Assembly (NCBI GenBank): GCA_963555825.3 | Contig: CAUVXB020000001.1 | Span: 1,536,001-1,600,000, forward strand | Reading direction: 5' to 3' | Length of the DNA: 64,000 nucleotides | Origin: Alphaproteobacteria bacterium | GTDB taxonomy: Bacteria; Pseudomonadota; Alphaproteobacteria; JAAXGF01 | In this document: positions 50,770 through 60,792 of the stretch, in pieces | Layout of the letters: the number at the start of each line of letters is the position of its first letter | Numbering within the stretch: position 1 is the stretch's first letter | The notes under the pieces: generated by a model | What the model was told of the DNA's origin: nothing | Seen by the model: only the letters and a program-made list of their open reading frames with translations | Database searches by the model: none | Made by a program: the position numbers and the translations under genes

Positions 50770-52362
50770 TCAGCCGTCGAGCGCGACGAAGGCCATCGCC
50801 TGGTGGACGGTGCGTCGGGCGTGCTTGCGCTTGAGCGGTGAGTTGATGAGCCGGTTGAGCGCCGCGACGACGTCGCGGGCCGCCTCGCCCGCCGCGCCCG
50901 ACGTGACTTCGGCACGCGCGGCCAGCAGCGTCTTCACGAAATGGATCGAGACGATGTATTCGTCGCGGCCGTGGTCGAACAGGCTATCGACCGAGGCGTC
51001 GAAGAACGCGTCGACGTCGGTGACGCGCCAGTCCTCGAGCGCGATGTCGGGATCGGTAAAGGCGGCGTTGCGGCCCGAGAAGCACGCCATCTGCAGCAGC
51101 CCCGCGGGCCACAGCTCGGGGAACTTGGCGCATTCGAGGCGTAGCGCGTTGGCGAAGGTGATCGCGTGGGTGAAGTCGAGCCAGCCGATGTTGTCGGCGA
51201 TCTGGCCGTCGACCTGGTTCTGGTAGGCGAGGTCGTAGGTCGCCATGTTTCGCGCGTTGGCGCCCAACAGCGCGCGATAGAGCGCCTCGGCGGGCGCGGC
51301 GCCGTGATCGGCCGTCAGCGCCAGCGCGTGCTTCACGTTGAGGCCGCGGAACGCCTCGGCCGAGGGCGCGACGCCATTGGCCTTAGCCCCGAAACGCTCG
51401 AGCGCCGTGGCGTAGCCGCGGTATTCGGGGATATGGTCCTCGCGCGTCGCGTAGACCAGCGAACGGACGAGCGAGAACAGCAGCGGCGCGGCGACGCGGC
51501 GGCCCAGGCGGTCGATCAGCCGGCCGACCTTGACGACGTAGATCAGCGAATGGCCGAAGTCGTTGTAATGCGCGAGCGCCGCTCTCGCGAATCCCCGCTC
51601 GACGTCGGCGAAGCCGAGACCACCGTCGAGCGCGCCGCGCATCATGGCGACGGCGGTATCCTCGTCCTCGTCCTCGATGGCGACGACGAAGCGGTCTTCG
51701 TCGTAGTCGGCGACGCCGTCGGCGTAGGGATATGTCGTCGCCTTGCGCTGCTGATGCAGGTCGTAGGCGATGTGGCCGACGGTTTCGACCAGGCCGACGA
51801 GCTGGGACTCGGGATCGTCGGCGTATTCGTCGTAGAGCGCGAGCCAGTCCGCCGCGCCGGCATAGGCGTGGGTCATGCCGAACTCGAAACGCTCGTAGGA
51901 CCACCCGATCGCCTCGGCGACCGCGTCGACCGGGTCGGCGCCCAACAGGCGCAGCCGCGCGATCTCGCGCGCCAGCCGGGTGTAGTCGTGCTCGTCGAAG
52001 GCGTCGCGCAGGTTGCCCATGATCTCCGCGCGACGCGCCTTGGCCGGCTCGTCGGCGATGTCGATCCAGATCTCGCCGTCGCGCAGCGCGACCGGATAGG
52101 TGCGCAGCCGGTCGCCGCCATAGAGGTTGGCGCCGGTCGCCAGGTCGAACTTCCAGTTGTGCCAGTTGCAGGTCAACACGCAGGCGCCGTCGAGGGTGCC
52201 CCGGCGCAGTGGATAGCCCTCGTGGGGGCAACGGTTGTTGCAGGCGAGGACGCCCTTGGGCGTGTCGAACAGCGCGATCTGCCGCCCGGCCATGCGGACG
52301 ACCCGCCGGCCCTTCTGCTTGAGCGCGTCGAGCGTCAGCGCGCGGCGCCAATCGGTCGTCAT
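50770..52362 (-). CDS. Rieske [2Fe-2S] domain fused to a large uncharacterised helical domain
   Basis: NRCPHEGYPL...LTCNWHNWKFDL.TG; about 430 aa C-terminal region with several His motifs. Confidence 0.85.
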   Translation of the reverse strand: MTTDWRRALTLDALKQKGRRVVRMAGRQIALFDTPKGVLACNNRCPHEGYPLRRGTLDGACVLTCNWHNWKFDLATGANLYGGDRLRTYPVALRDGEIWIDIADEPAKARRAEIMGNLRDAFDEHDYTRLAREIARLRLLGADPVDAVAEAIGWSYERFEFGMTHAYAGAADWLALYDEYADDPESQLVGLVETVGHIAYDLHQQRKATTYPYADGVADYDEDRFVVAIEDEDEDTAVAMMRGALDGGLGFADVERGFARAALAHYNDFGHSLIYVVKVGRLIDRLGRRVAAPLLFSLVRSLVYATREDHIPEYRGYATALERFGAKANGVAPSAEAFRGLNVKHALALTADHGAAPAEALYRALLGANARNMATYDLAYQNQVDGQIADNIGWLDFTHAITFANALRLECAKFPELWPAGLLQMACFSGRNAAFTDPDIALEDWRVTDVDAFFDASVDSLFDHGRDEYIVSIHFVKTLLAARAEVTSGAAGEAARDVVAALNRLINSPLKRKHARRTVHQAMAFVALDG

Positions 52363-52430
52363 GACGGCCCCCCTCGGTCGATCTGAAGCATGCCGGGAAT
52401 CGTGGGGCCGAGGCGGCGCGGAGTCAAGCC

Positions 52431-53339
52431 TCAGCCGTTGTTGGTGACCGACATGGCGTCGATGTCGCCCAGCACGCGCGTGACGATATCGGCGTTGTCG
52501 AACAGCGCCGCGAAGTCGCTGTCGTCGAACACGCCGATCTTGTCCCCCCACGACTCGCGCCTCGCGTCGAGGCCCAGATACTGGCAGACGATGCGCGTCG
52601 CGAACGGCTCCTTGTCCTCGGCCCCGGTCAACAGCGACAGGCCCTGGATATAGGTGAAAGGGCGCGCCGAAGGCTCGTTCAGCGTCATCGATTGGAGCTC
52701 GCCGTCATGATGGCCAATCAGAAAGATACGGCCGTTCCGACTGTGGACGTAGCCGGCGATGATATGGCTGCGCGCTTTATGCCGGTCGAACTGGTCGGCG
52801 TATTTGATGAACAGGGTGAAACGCGGCATCGGCAGGCCCTCGACCGAAACGTCCAGGGTCGGGCTGAGCGGCAGAATATGCAGCCACGACACCGACATTC
52901 GTCCCGGTCGGTGCGAGCGGCGTATCGCCAGATAATAGCCGCTGTAGCGGTCGAACACGCGCTGCACGTCGCCCTCGGTGATCGGCAGCTGCACGCGGAT
53001 CAGGTCGAGGCGCGCGATACGGCCGACGATGCCTTCGCGCGATCGCGGCGGTTGCGCCGCATCCTGGGCGCCGACGCCGTCGGGAAACAGCTCGCGATTG
53101 CTGGCGACGTATTTGAACAGCCGGCCAAGGAACACGTTGTCCGGGCGCAGGCTCTTGCCGTAGGCGAAGTTGCGCACCGTGTGTTCGGCCGAGTCACAGC
53201 CGCGCGCCAGATCCTTGAGACGGAGGCCCCGGTTGCTGCGTACGAAATTGACGGCCTCGCGTAGCCGTTCGACCTCGGCGCCACTCAGCATGGCGCCGAC
53301 GTCGCGGTCGGGCCGCGAGAAATCCATGTCCGGTATCAT
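52431..53339 (-). CDS. Putative XRE-like HTH regulator with C-terminal beta-rich domain
   Basis: RSNRGLRLKDLARGC..AEHTVRNFAYGKS.RP HTH-like segment; SGYYL..RRS...G....SWLHI. Confidence 0.65.
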   Translation of the reverse strand: MIPDMDFSRPDRDVGAMLSGAEVERLREAVNFVRSNRGLRLKDLARGCDSAEHTVRNFAYGKSLRPDNVFLGRLFKYVASNRELFPDGVGAQDAAQPPRSREGIVGRIARLDLIRVQLPITEGDVQRVFDRYSGYYLAIRRSHRPGRMSVSWLHILPLSPTLDVSVEGLPMPRFTLFIKYADQFDRHKARSHIIAGYVHSRNGRIFLIGHHDGELQSMTLNEPSARPFTYIQGLSLLTGAEDKEPFATRIVCQYLGLDARRESWGDKIGVFDDSDFAALFDNADIVTRVLGDIDAMSVTNNG

Positions 53340-53389
53340 ATCCGCCCCCATCCGCCATGGTCGGATCACTTGCGCCGCGCCGCATGCAC

Positions 53390-53630
53390 GACCGTGTAAT
53401 AATTTGCCACTAATAGATTAATTTAAATGTTTCTAATCATATAACACCACAAATCTACTCTTAAAATACATATTTCACAAATGTTGGCCAGATATAATCC
53501 GTTGAAATTATTGCTTTATCACGCTCCAGCATCACAAACTCTCGATGAAATTCTATAATCTCCAAATACTAATATACACAATGTTACTACGCTCTCGCTC
53601 AAAAACAAACCTAAATCCAGGACGGGAGAT
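53390..53630. promoter_or_regulatory. Strongly AT-rich divergent promoter region
   Basis: Abrupt composition shift (e.g. TAATAGATTAATTTAAATGTTTCTAATCATATAAC) between two divergent genes. Confidence 0.6.
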
Positions 53631-53635
53631 TGGTC

Positions 53636-54166
53636 ATGTCAGAGGCTCGGGATTACGTCACCGCTCCGACCCCAATTCGACGGCTTGATGACGACGACGA
53701 ACCGGGGATAACGCTCAGCATCATCGACACGCTCGACAACCTGCGGCAGATCGCCGGGCGCTGCCTCACGGACGAGCCGTTGGGCCGGGATTTGTCGAGC
53801 TGGCTCGGCGAAGCGCTCGACCAATATCTGACACGCCAGGCGCGTACCATCGAGGAGGCGCTCGGCCTGATCTTCCCCCAGGGCGGCGTGCCCTGGTGGC
53901 GCGAGGAGGCGATCCGCATCCGTGACGCGGCGTTCCGCGAATGGGCCGACGGGTTTCCCGACGACTGTTCGATTTGCCGCCAGGCGAATCTAATCTGGAC
54001 GAGCGCGGTGCGCTATGCCGCGTCGGCCTGGCAGATCGACAGCAACAATGTCGAGATGCCGATGCGCTATATCGAGACGCCCAAGGAGTATCTGTGGCGC
54101 GCCTTCAAATCGGGCGCGCCGATGCCGATCGGCGAACGCCAACTGCGCAACATCCTGGCGCACTGA
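53636..54166 (+). CDS. Hypothetical protein
   Basis: GGGAG RBS, GC-rich third-position codons; GGVPWWREEAIRIRD...P..ERQLRNIL. Confidence 0.75.
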   Translation: MSEARDYVTAPTPIRRLDDDDEPGITLSIIDTLDNLRQIAGRCLTDEPLGRDLSSWLGEALDQYLTRQARTIEEALGLIFPQGGVPWWREEAIRIRDAAFREWADGFPDDCSICRQANLIWTSAVRYAASAWQIDSNNVEMPMRYIETPKEYLWRAFKSGAPMPIGERQLRNILAH

Positions 54167-54289
54167 TCGCAGCGCTATCGCCAGCGACGCGGCGGCCGCT
54201 TGTACTGGCAGGTATTGTGGCCTAACGTCGAGGGTAGTGGTCGATGTAGTGGTAGTTACGGGTCGAACGCGGCGCGTCATCGGCCAGGA

Positions 54290-55804
54290 ATGTCGATTGT
54301 GACTCCGGCGACCGGCGCCGATCGGCCGGGATCGGATTCCGGCCAACGTGTCGGTGTTGTCGACATCGGCTCGAACTCGACCCGGCTCGTCGTCTTCGAC
54401 GGGCTCCAGCGTGGCGCAATCCCGGTCGTCAACGAAAAGGAACTTTGCGGACTCGGGCTTGGCCTGGCGAGGAACGGCCGGCTGAGCGACGCGGCGATGG
54501 CCTGCACCCAAGCGAGCGTCGCGCGGATGACGCGGCTCGCCGAGGCGATGGGCGTCACGCGGCTCGACTTCCTGGCGACCGCCGCGGTGCGCGACGCGCG
54601 CAACGGGCCGAAGTTCGCCGCGGCGCTCGAGCGCACCGCCGGGCAGCCGGTCCGCGTGATCGACGCGGCCGAGGAGGCGCGCCTGTCGTCACTTGGCGTT
54701 GTCAGCGGCTTCGTCGGCGCCAACGGCATCATGGGCGACATGGGCGGCGGCAGTCTCGAACTCGCGGCGATCAAGGGCGACAGAATCGGCGATTACACCA
54801 CCCTGCCGCTCGGCGCCTTGCGCCTGATCGATCGCGGCGGCGTATCGAAGTCGGCGCGCCTGCGGATCGACCGCAAACTCGACGGCGTCGAATGGCTCGG
54901 CGCCAAAAACCCAACGTCTTTCTATGCGGTCGGCGGCGCCTGGCGCAGCCTCGCGCGCATCCATATGGTCGAGACCGAACACCCGATCCGTATGGTTCAT
55001 GGCTTTGGCCTCGCGCGGCGCGAGGCGGAAATTCTGTGCGACATGGTCGCGAGCGCGGACCCATCGTCACTCGAGACGCTGCCCGATATCTCGAAACGTC
55101 GCGTCGAGACGCTGCCGGTCGCCGCCATGGTGCTCAAGGGCGTGCTCGACCGCGTCGCGCCTAAATCCGTCGTATTCTCGGCGTTCGGTTTGCGCGAGGG
55201 CTGGCTCTATGATTTGCTCGACGCCAAGGAACGCGCGCGCGATCCGCTGATCGTCGCGTGCCGCGATCCGCTGCTCGCACCGCGGCGTTCGGACGCGCTG
55301 GCCGATTTGCTGATCGACTGGACGGCGCCGCTGTTTCCGGACCAGAGCCGCGCCGGCCGTCGGCGCCGGCGCGCCGCGACCCTGCTCAGCGACATTGCCT
55401 GGCGCGACCCGCCCGATCATCGTGCCTGGCACGCCTGCCACCGCGCGCTCTACCTGCCGATCGGCGGGCTCGGCCATGCCGACCGCGCCTATCTCGCGAT
55501 CGCGCTGGCGACGCGCTATGGCGGGGCGAACGGAAACGGCCTGATCGGGCCGCTGTGGCCGCTGCTCAAGCGCCGCGAGCGGCACGACGCGGTCGTGCTG
55601 GGCGCCGCCCTTCGGCTCGGCTATGCGATATCGGGCGGCGCGCCCGAGCTGTTGCGACCGTGCAAGCTCGTCGTCCGCAAGAAAGTCGTCGAACTCGCCT
55701 GCGATAGCGACGATGCACCGCTACGGTCGGAGACCGCCCAACGACGGTATGACGCGCTGGTGCGCGCAATGGCGGCGGAAGACCTACCGATGGCGTCCGG
55801 TTGA
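54290..55804 (+). CDS. ppx: Exopolyphosphatase Ppx/GppA (long form)
   Basis: VDIGSNSTRLVVF, ATAAVRDARNG, EEA, DMGGGSLE, VGGAWR, FGLREG, C-terminal HD-like domain. Confidence 0.9.
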   Translation: MSIVTPATGADRPGSDSGQRVGVVDIGSNSTRLVVFDGLQRGAIPVVNEKELCGLGLGLARNGRLSDAAMACTQASVARMTRLAEAMGVTRLDFLATAAVRDARNGPKFAAALERTAGQPVRVIDAAEEARLSSLGVVSGFVGANGIMGDMGGGSLELAAIKGDRIGDYTTLPLGALRLIDRGGVSKSARLRIDRKLDGVEWLGAKNPTSFYAVGGAWRSLARIHMVETEHPIRMVHGFGLARREAEILCDMVASADPSSLETLPDISKRRVETLPVAAMVLKGVLDRVAPKSVVFSAFGLREGWLYDLLDAKERARDPLIVACRDPLLAPRRSDALADLLIDWTAPLFPDQSRAGRRRRRAATLLSDIAWRDPPDHRAWHACHRALYLPIGGLGHADRAYLAIALATRYGGANGNGLIGPLWPLLKRRERHDAVVLGAALRLGYAISGGAPELLRPCKLVVRKKVVELACDSDDAPLRSETAQRRYDALVRAMAAEDLPMASG

Positions 55805-55809
55805 CAGGC

Positions 55810-55883
55810 TGGAGCGGGTGAAGGGAATCGAACCCTCGTCGTAAGCTTGGGAAGCTTCTGCTCTGCCATTGAGCTACACCCGC
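55810..55883 (-). tRNA. tRNA-Gly (CCC)
   Basis: GCGGGTGTAGCTCAATGGCAGAGCAGAAGCTTCCCAAGCTTACGACGAGGGTTCGATTCCCTTCACCCGCTCCA. Confidence 0.96.
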
Positions 55884-56172
55884 GCAATAGCCTGGGAAGG
55901 CTGGAATATAGGGGCCTAGGCGCCTCTTGAGCAAGGTCACTGTTCGACTGAAATATGGATCGGATTGGCAAGAGCCGGCTACGCCGCGTCACACTCATGC
56001 CACACTGCTCAATATCGTTCGACCACTGTTCACGAAAACCATCCGTGTTCGGCAACCTCGCATACCTACGTTGGCGAAACGAATTTGAGTGAGATTCTCG
56101 GCTAGATAGCTTAGAGAAGTGCGCCGGACGCGGTCAGCGTCCATGACGGGAACGAGTGAGAGACCGGGGACC

Positions 56173-56595
56173 ATGAGCGAGAAAACAGCCAGCGGCGAGA
56201 AAACCGCAAAACAGACGACATCCGAGACCAAACCGACGCCGTCGTCGACATCGGCTGACGGCGCAGCGCCTCCAAGCGGGAAATCGACCAAGGAGCGGGC
56301 CGCCGCCGACCACGGGGTGAGCTATTTCTCCAGCGTTTCCAGCCCGCATTACCGCGCCCGCTGGGATTCGATCTTTTCCTCTGGCGGGAATACGGCGACC
56401 AGGAAACGGCGGGCAAACCCGGGGAACGGCCTGCCCGTCACCATCGCGCTGGACCCTTCCGACCTCGACGACGAGGTTCGGGCGCGGATCGAGGACGCCT
56501 TCCGGCGCAAGGCGAAGACGCGGCGCATCAAGTTCGACCGGTTCATGAAGCAGGCGCAGATGACCTGGCGCCTCGAATGCGAGTTCACCGAATAG
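56173..56595 (+). CDS. Hypothetical protein with low-complexity N-terminus
   Basis: GGGGA RBS; SYFSSVSSPHYRARWDSIF core; coding-like codon usage. Confidence 0.65.
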   Translation: MSEKTASGEKTAKQTTSETKPTPSSTSADGAAPPSGKSTKERAAADHGVSYFSSVSSPHYRARWDSIFSSGGNTATRKRRANPGNGLPVTIALDPSDLDDEVRARIEDAFRRKAKTRRIKFDRFMKQAQMTWRLECEFTE

Positions 56596-56764
56596 CCACC
56601 GGCGACGAGATCACGCGATGAACCCGGGTAGCGTGGCCATCGCGGCGGTACCTGCGTATAGTCGGTCGCGAAGCCCCGCGACGCACACGAACTGTTGATT
56701 TGGTACTGGCCCAAAAACGCCTTAGCTCTAACCGTGAGTTCTTGCAGCCGAATTCCGTGGACCG

Positions 56765-57724
56765 ATGACCAAAACTGCCCTCGCCGCCGCGCCCCAGCTC
56801 GATCCGCGAAAGTTCCGCGACCCCGACGTCACTGCCGACGGCGAGCGTCGCGCCTCGGTCGCGTTCGCTGGCCTCGAGACGCTGTGGATCAACACCGGCA
56901 CCCTGTGCAACCTGACCTGCAGCAACTGCTATATCGAGTCGAGCCCGCGCAACGACCGGCTCGTTTACATCACAGCGGCCGAGGTCGCCGTCTATCTCGA
57001 CGAGATCGAGCGCGAGGCGCTGGGCGCTCACGAGATCGGCTTCACCGGTGGCGAGCCGTTCATGAACCCCGACATCATCGTCATGCTCGAGGACAGTCTT
57101 GCCCGCGGCTTCCGCGCCCTGGTGCTGACCAACGCCATGCGGCCGATGCTGAAGCTAAAGTCGCGTCTGCTGGCGCTCAAGGCACGATTCGGCGACCGCC
57201 TGGTGATGCGCGTCTCAGTCGACCACTACGGTCCGGCGCTGCACGAAGTCGAGCGCGGCAAGCACGCTTGGCGGCGCATAATGGAAGGCCTCGAGTGGCT
57301 CGCCCGCAACGGCTTCAATGTCCACGTCGCCGGCCGCACCTGCTGGGGTGAATCGGAGGCTGATTTGCGCCAAGGCTTCGCGCGCCTGTTCGCCGAGCAT
57401 GGCTTGCCGATCGACGCCGCCGATCCGGTCGAGCTGGTGCTGTTCCCCGAAATGGACGGCACCGCCGACGTGCCCGAGATCACCGAAAAATGCTGGTCGA
57501 TCCTGGGCGTCGAACCGCGGTCGATGATGTGTGCGACCTCGCGCATGGTGATCAAACGCAAGGGCGCGGCACTGCCCGCCGTCGTCGCCTGCACGCTGCT
57601 GCCCTACGAACCGGAATTCGAGCTCGGCCACGGCCTGGTCGAGGCGCAGGCGACGGTGAAACTCAACCATCCGCACTGCGCAACCTTCTGCGTGCTCGGC
57701 GGCGCATCCTGCGGCACGGGCTAA
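56765..57724 (+). CDS. Radical SAM protein
   Basis: CNLTCSNC (CxxxCxxC), FTGGEPF, LTNA; Cys-rich C-terminus CATSRM..ACTL..HPHCATFCVLGGASC. Confidence 0.9.
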   Translation: MTKTALAAAPQLDPRKFRDPDVTADGERRASVAFAGLETLWINTGTLCNLTCSNCYIESSPRNDRLVYITAAEVAVYLDEIEREALGAHEIGFTGGEPFMNPDIIVMLEDSLARGFRALVLTNAMRPMLKLKSRLLALKARFGDRLVMRVSVDHYGPALHEVERGKHAWRRIMEGLEWLARNGFNVHVAGRTCWGESEADLRQGFARLFAEHGLPIDAADPVELVLFPEMDGTADVPEITEKCWSILGVEPRSMMCATSRMVIKRKGAALPAVVACTLLPYEPEFELGHGLVEAQATVKLNHPHCATFCVLGGASCGTG

Positions 57725-57870
57725 TTCTCTTGGTTTAGGACCGGCTCGCCTCTGACCGCGACCACCATCGGGCGCTGGACAAAACCGCGTCAACGGACAA
57801 TATTCCCTATCGGTCGCGCGGCCGTCACGGCGGCGCGCCTCGTACCTCTTCGACGTTCGGGATCGCGCTG

Positions 57871-58263
57871 ATGTATCAAGCAACGACACGTACAATTCAG
57901 GTCACGGTCGAGACCTTCTATCTCGCTGAACAATCGACGCCCAGCGACGACCATTACGTCTGGGCGTATCAGATTCACATCGAGAACCAGGGCCCCGAGA
58001 TCGTCCAGCTGCTCAACCGGCATTGGTACATCACCGACGCCAACGGCCGCGCCCAGGAGGTCGAGGGCCCGGGCGTCGTCGGCGAACAACCGGTCTTGAA
58101 CCCGGGCGAGTCGTTCGAGTACACCAGTGGCACGCCGCTTTCGACGCCTTCGGGCATCATGGTCGGCACTTACGAGATGGTGACCAGCACCGGTGAACGG
58201 TTCGACGTGAAAATTCCGGCGTTTTCGCTGGACAGCCCATACCAGCCGGTCAGCGTACATTAG
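57871..58263 (+). CDS. apaG: ApaG domain protein
   Basis: [33 protein letters not shown]. Confidence 0.95.
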   Translation: MYQATTRTIQVTVETFYLAEQSTPSDDHYVWAYQIHIENQGPEIVQLLNRHWYITDANGRAQEVEGPGVVGEQPVLNPGESFEYTSGTPLSTPSGIMVGTYEMVTSTGERFDVKIPAFSLDSPYQPVSVH

Positions 58264-58293
58264 CCGTGCCTGGGCCGGAACGAGGAGAATTTC

Positions 58294-58953
58294 GTGAATA
58301 CGAGTAAGTCCGTCACCGTCGTCGACGCCGCATCCCTGGATTTGTCGGAAGGATCTTCGGTATCCGGCCGGGACGCGCGCGACGAGGCCGAAGCGGCCGT
58401 CAAGGTGCTGCTTCGCTGGACGGGTGACGACCCCGAACGCGAGGGTTTGCTGGACACGCCGGCGCGCGTCGTTCGCGCCTTCGAAGAATATTTCTCTGGC
58501 TACCGGTACGACCCGGTCGACGTGCTGGCGCGCACCTTCGAAGAGCACCACGACTACGACGAGATGGTCGTCCTGCGGGACATCCGTTTCAATTCGCATT
58601 GCGAGCACCACATGGCGCCGATCATCGGCAAGGCCCATGTCGCCTATCTGCCGCGCAAACGCGTGGTCGGCATCTCGAAGCTCGCGCGCCTGGTCGACAT
58701 CTACGCACGCCGGCTTCAGATCCAGGAAAAGCTCACCGCGCAGGTCGCCGACACGATCAACGACGTGCTCGAGCCCAAGGGTGTCGCCGTCGTCATCGAG
58801 GCCGAGCACCACTGCATGACGACGCGTGGTATTCACCGTCCTGGCACCTTCATGGTGACCAGCCGCATGCTTGGCGGATTCCGCACCGACCCGCGAACGC
58901 GGCGCGAGTTCTTGACCATGATCGGCAGCCCGGCGACACGAAACGCGAGTTAA
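58294..58953 (+). CDS. folE: GTP cyclohydrolase I
   Basis: [37 protein letters not shown]. Confidence 0.96.
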   Translation: MNTSKSVTVVDAASLDLSEGSSVSGRDARDEAEAAVKVLLRWTGDDPEREGLLDTPARVVRAFEEYFSGYRYDPVDVLARTFEEHHDYDEMVVLRDIRFNSHCEHHMAPIIGKAHVAYLPRKRVVGISKLARLVDIYARRLQIQEKLTAQVADTINDVLEPKGVAVVIEAEHHCMTTRGIHRPGTFMVTSRMLGGFRTDPRTRREFLTMIGSPATRNAS

Positions 58954-59006
58954 TACCGGGCGCGCGCCATAGTATTTGCGGGAGGATATAACACCAGGAT
59001 GCCCGC

Positions 59007-60455
59007 GTGATTGATATCCGACCGATCCTGTTCGTCATCGGAATCTTGCTGACGACATTGGCCGCGTTCATGTTCCTGCCGGCGCTGGTCGACGCGGCGC
59101 AGGGCCATCCCGACTGGCGGGTTTTCCTGTCCGCCGCCTTCTTCACCCTGTTCATCGGCGTTTCGCTGGTCTTGATGAACCGCAGCGGGCCGGTCCGGCT
59201 CAATATCCGCCAGACCTTTCTGCTGACCACGCTGGCCTGGGTGGTGATGGTCGCCTTCGCCGCCCTGCCCTTCGTCTTCGCCGACATCGAGCTCGACTAC
59301 GCCGACGCCTTCTTCGAGGCCATGTCGGGCCTGACGACGACCGGCTCGACGGTCATCGTCGGGCTCGACGATGCGCCGCCCGGCATTTTGCTGTGGCGCG
59401 CGTTGCTGCAGTGGCAAGGCGGCATCGGCATTATCGTCATGGCGATCGCGGTCTTGCCCATGCTCGGCATCGGCGGCATGGCGCTGTTTCGCACCGAATC
59501 ATCGGACCAATCCGAGAAGGTGCTGCCGCGCGCGGCCCAGATGTCGACCGTCATCGGCTTGATCTACCTGACGCTGAGCGTCGCCGCCGCGGTCGCGTAC
59601 TGGTTGGCCGGCATGACGTTCTTCGAAGCCATGTGCCACGCCATGACGACCATCTCGACGGCGGGGTTCTCGACCGCCGATGCCTCGATCGGCCATTTCG
59701 CATCGCCGGCCATCGAATGGATCGCGACCGTCTTCATGATCATCGGCGGACTGCCCTTCGTGCTCTACTTCCAATTGGTGCGCGGCAACGGCGAACTGCT
59801 GTGGCGTGATTCCCAGACCAGGGCGTTCCTGATTCTGGTCGTGATTGTGGTCGGCGTCATGGCGGGATGGCTGTGGCTGGCCAACGACACGGCGTTCGAA
59901 ATCGCCGTCCGGCACGCCGCGTTCAATTCGGTTTCCGTGATCACCGGTACCGGCTATGCCTCGACCGACTACAACAGCTGGGGCGGATTCGCGGTGACCC
60001 TGTTGTTGTTCGTCATGGTCGTCGGCGGTTGCACGGGCTCGACGACGGGCGGCATCAAGATGTTCCGCTTTCAGGTCATCAGCGCCATCGTGCCGGTACA
60101 AATCCGACGGCTCTTGCTGCCCCACGGCATCTTCGTGGCGCATTACAACCGCAAGCCGATCCCCGACGCGGCGGCCGACTCGGTAATGAATTTCTTCTTC
60201 TTGTTCGCCTTGATTTTCGTCGCCGTCGCAGTGGCGCTCGCCGGTTTCGGGCTGGACTTCATGACCAGCGTCTCGGGTGCGTTGACCGCACTCGCCAACG
60301 TCGGGCCGGGCCTCGGCGACGTGATCGGGCCGGCCGGCAATTTCGCCAGTCTGCCCGACGGCGCCAAATGGTTGCTCTCGGCCGCCATGCTGTTGGGCCG
60401 GCTCGAGCTGTTCACCGTCCTGGTGCTGTTTACGCCGCGCTTTTGGCGCGGCTGA
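59007..60455 (+). CDS. trkH: TrkH family potassium uptake protein
   Basis: FFEAMSGLTTTGST, STAGFS, TGTGY, GSTTGGIK, NVGPGLG, GRLE. Confidence 0.95.
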   Translation: MIDIRPILFVIGILLTTLAAFMFLPALVDAAQGHPDWRVFLSAAFFTLFIGVSLVLMNRSGPVRLNIRQTFLLTTLAWVVMVAFAALPFVFADIELDYADAFFEAMSGLTTTGSTVIVGLDDAPPGILLWRALLQWQGGIGIIVMAIAVLPMLGIGGMALFRTESSDQSEKVLPRAAQMSTVIGLIYLTLSVAAAVAYWLAGMTFFEAMCHAMTTISTAGFSTADASIGHFASPAIEWIATVFMIIGGLPFVLYFQLVRGNGELLWRDSQTRAFLILVVIVVGVMAGWLWLANDTAFEIAVRHAAFNSVSVITGTGYASTDYNSWGGFAVTLLLFVMVVGGCTGSTTGGIKMFRFQVISAIVPVQIRRLLLPHGIFVAHYNRKPIPDAAADSVMNFFFLFALIFVAVAVALAGFGLDFMTSVSGALTALANVGPGLGDVIGPAGNFASLPDGAKWLLSAAMLLGRLELFTVLVLFTPRFWRG

Positions 60456-60541
60456 TCGCCCGCCGATTAGTGGGTGATCGACGCCGGGGCAAGCGTATAT
60501 AGTTGCCGCTGTCGACCACTCGATATTTTGGGAGAAGAATA

Positions 60542-60694
60542 ATGGAAGGATCGGGCTGGGACTGGGGAACGGTGCCTCAATGGCTCACGTTGCTCGCCAT
60601 CGGCGGGTTTGCGATCTGCATCACGCTGTGGCTCGCCAACGTCGTCGAGGAAGTCAAGGATTTGACCCGCGCCCTCGCAAAACTCTCGAAATAG
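60542..60694 (+). CDS. Small single-TM protein (50 aa)
   Basis: GGAG RBS; WLTLLAIGGFAICITLWLA hydrophobic helix followed by a short coiled segment. Confidence 0.5.
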   Translation: MEGSGWDWGTVPQWLTLLAIGGFAICITLWLANVVEEVKDLTRALAKLSK

Positions 60695-60792
60695 GTCGAT
60701 TTCCGAGCGGGTAACGCGTAGCCGGCAAACACGTTGCCGCCCGCCAATCGCGACGTGGCGGTCGAACGGTTTGGCGGCGGCGGCGCGGCGCG

